Of a stretch of DNA of 46,784 bases, positions 44,959 through 46,784 are shown one piece after another (within the stretch, counting starts at the first letter, position 1; every line of letters begins with the position of its first letter). Origin of the DNA: a virus (taxonomy: Duplodnaviria; Caudoviricetes); the IMG/VR virus record IMGVR_UViG_3300012231_000016, positions 1 through 46,784 of that record. One strand, written 5' to 3'. The notes under the pieces are model-generated. The model was given only the letters and a program-made list of their open reading frames with translations. It searched no databases and had not been told where the DNA came from. The position numbers and the translations under genes are program-made.

Positions 44959-46251
44959 ATGGCCCAATTCTCTCGCCCGTACTTGAGCCCAGGCATGCCG
45001 TTCGTCGAGTTCGTGGCGGGCACGAAGGACCCGGGTGTCATCCCAGGATCGCTCATGAACCTCTCGCACCGCATCGAGTCGAACTACATGGGAGAGGCTC
45101 ACCTGAGTCTCTTCGATCCGACGTTCGATGGCATCGAGAACCTGCTGATCCAGTTCCAGGACAACATCACGCTGCGCTATGGATGGGTTGACGGTCCGCA
45201 GTCGCAGGTGCTGCAGATGCGGATCAACAAGTACATCCCGACCTTCCTCGCCACAGGGACGCAGGTCGAGCTCTATCTCACGAGTGTCGGCATCACGTCG
45301 CATCAGAAGGTGTACAACCGGACGTTCGCCGGACGGATCAGCGACATCGTCCGCCAGCTTCTGCTGGAAGACGGATACACGCTGGATGAGGGCGCGATCG
45401 AGCCGACGAACCGGGTAGGCATCTACTACCAGTGCAACACGACGAACGCCAACTTCATCCTGTCGATCTTGCAGCCGCAGGCGCAGTCCGCTTCGAACGC
45501 GGAGGGCTACCGGTTCAATGTCGTCGGCCACAAGGCGTTCTTCCGCCCTCCCGGGTTGCGTGCCGAGCTCCGTCAGTACGTCTTCGCACGCGAGCACAAT
45601 GGCGTCGTGCTGTCCTTTTCGCCGGCCTACGACGGCAACGCGGTGATCTTCTTGGGCGGCGGTGAGACGCGCGTCGATGGCTGGAGCACGCTCGACAAGG
45701 GCAGCCTCATCAGCCGCAAGCTCGCTGCGGGTACACGCAAGGACGGGAGCCGTTCTCTTCCTGGCATCGTGATCAACAACGCCATCCCCGTCCCGGTCCT
45801 CCAGTTCGGAGATCGGGGTGTCGAGCCGGCGCCGCTCGGGAAGGCAATCGCATCCCGTGCCTACGCCGTCCCATTCGACAACGTCGAGCAGGCAGAAGAT
45901 TGGGCCCTGACGAAGTGGGCCAATGCACGCTCGACCGCTTGGCAGGCAACCGCAAGCATTCTGGGTGACCCCACCATCCTCTCGCAGGACTATGCCGAGT
46001 TCATCGTCCTCAAGGATGACTTCACCCCGCACTACGTGTCGGGTGTCTATCGCGTCAACAGCATCGAGCATGTGATGACGCAGGGCAGTTTCGTGTCCAA
46101 CTTGACCATGGAGCGCAGCACGTCGAAGGTCGGCACGAAGCTCGATCCTCGCGTGAAGTTCCAGTCTCTCGGCGAACGCGACGAGACGACGGGATCCATC
46201 CTGGTGAAGTCGCAGATGGAAGATCTGGTGGACGCGCCGTTTACGAGGTGA
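44959..46251 (+). CDS. baseplate hub protein (gp27/gpD-like)
   Basis: LRYGW, ISDIVRQL, ILGDP.I, SGVYRVNSIEH....SFVS.L.MER. Confidence 0.75.
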   Translation: MAQFSRPYLSPGMPFVEFVAGTKDPGVIPGSLMNLSHRIESNYMGEAHLSLFDPTFDGIENLLIQFQDNITLRYGWVDGPQSQVLQMRINKYIPTFLATGTQVELYLTSVGITSHQKVYNRTFAGRISDIVRQLLLEDGYTLDEGAIEPTNRVGIYYQCNTTNANFILSILQPQAQSASNAEGYRFNVVGHKAFFRPPGLRAELRQYVFAREHNGVVLSFSPAYDGNAVIFLGGGETRVDGWSTLDKGSLISRKLAAGTRKDGSRSLPGIVINNAIPVPVLQFGDRGVEPAPLGKAIASRAYAVPFDNVEQAEDWALTKWANARSTAWQATASILGDPTILSQDYAEFIVLKDDFTPHYVSGVYRVNSIEHVMTQGSFVSNLTMERSTSKVGTKLDPRVKFQSLGERDETTGSILVKSQMEDLVDAPFTR

Positions 46252-46254
46252 TTC

Positions 46255-46784
46255 ATGGGCGACTCTCTTGAGGATCGTCGGCAGGGCCAACCGATCCTCT
46301 TCGACGGCATCTACTTCGGGATCGTGGAAGACAACGCCGACCCGGAGAAGCTCGGTCGTGTGCGTGTGCGTGTGTACCACGTCAACTCTCCCGATCAGAC
46401 GATGGTGCCGACGGCCCATCTGCCGTGGGCGGCACTCGTGCAGCCCTTCGGCGGAGCTCCCAGCGAGGGGCAGTACACGCCTCCGTCGGTGGGAAGTCAG
46501 GTGGCCGTGATGTTCGTGCAGGGCTACTCGGGTCGGCCCGTGGTTCTCGGCACGATCTACGGCCGCAGTGACACGCCACCGGAAGTCGCAGGCCGTGCCG
46601 CGGGTCCGCCGAGCAACAACTCGATCGGGACGAACGCCTTCCCCGGTACGAACGTCAGCAGTAAGAACGACACCGCGACGAAGGTGAAGGAGATCCGGAC
46701 GGCCGGCGGCCACAAGCTCGTCTTCGACGACAACGCCGACTCGAACGCCCTCATCCTGGAGACTGGCAAGGGTGCGATCTTCTC
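46255..46784 (+). CDS. baseplate central spike (gp5/gpV OB-fold), 3'-truncated by window edge
   Basis: YFGIVEDNADPEKLGRVRVRV...LPWA....P..G......PSVGSQVAVMF..G...RPVVLG; no stop before the window end. Confidence 0.85.
   Translation, partial: MGDSLEDRRQGQPILFDGIYFGIVEDNADPEKLGRVRVRVYHVNSPDQTMVPTAHLPWAALVQPFGGAPSEGQYTPPSVGSQVAVMFVQGYSGRPVVLGTIYGRSDTPPEVAGRAAGPPSNNSIGTNAFPGTNVSSKNDTATKVKEIRTAGGHKLVFDDNADSNALILETGKGAIF

Noticed and set aside
1-46784. tRNA/rRNA genes, T4-type TATAAATA late promoters, terminase and portal genes, stop-codon reassignment
   Set aside because: None recognisable by eye. Genes end cleanly at TGA/TAA/TAG with tight coupling under the standard code. Terminase and portal presumably lie outside the window.

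Overview
High-GC (roughly 60-65% by eye), densely packed, almost entirely + strand segment of a large contractile-tailed (T4-like/myovirus-type) phage. It covers accessory and putative head-internal proteins, a GroES co-chaperonin, a prohead protease-scaffold, the major capsid protein (MCP), repeat-rich fibre proteins with a glycosyltransferase/methyltransferase pair, neck, tail sheath and tube, tape measure and baseplate genes. The main discovery is that the gp23-like MCP gene is split into three exons. One interruption is a complete 554-nt group I intron (22601-23154). The other is a 49-nt mini-intron (22520-22568) that has group I substrate elements (U.G P1, 8-bp P10, terminal G) but no catalytic core, so it appears to depend on the neighbouring ribozyme. 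Other findings: a likely +1 frameshift (TTC TTT CGT) in the tail/baseplate chaperone gene, a polyprotein of eight Zn-ribbon modules separated by Glu-Ala/Ser sites, a recurring candidate capsid-targeting motif, and a free-standing endonuclease right after the MCP gene. All calls come from reading the sequence; no database searches were run.
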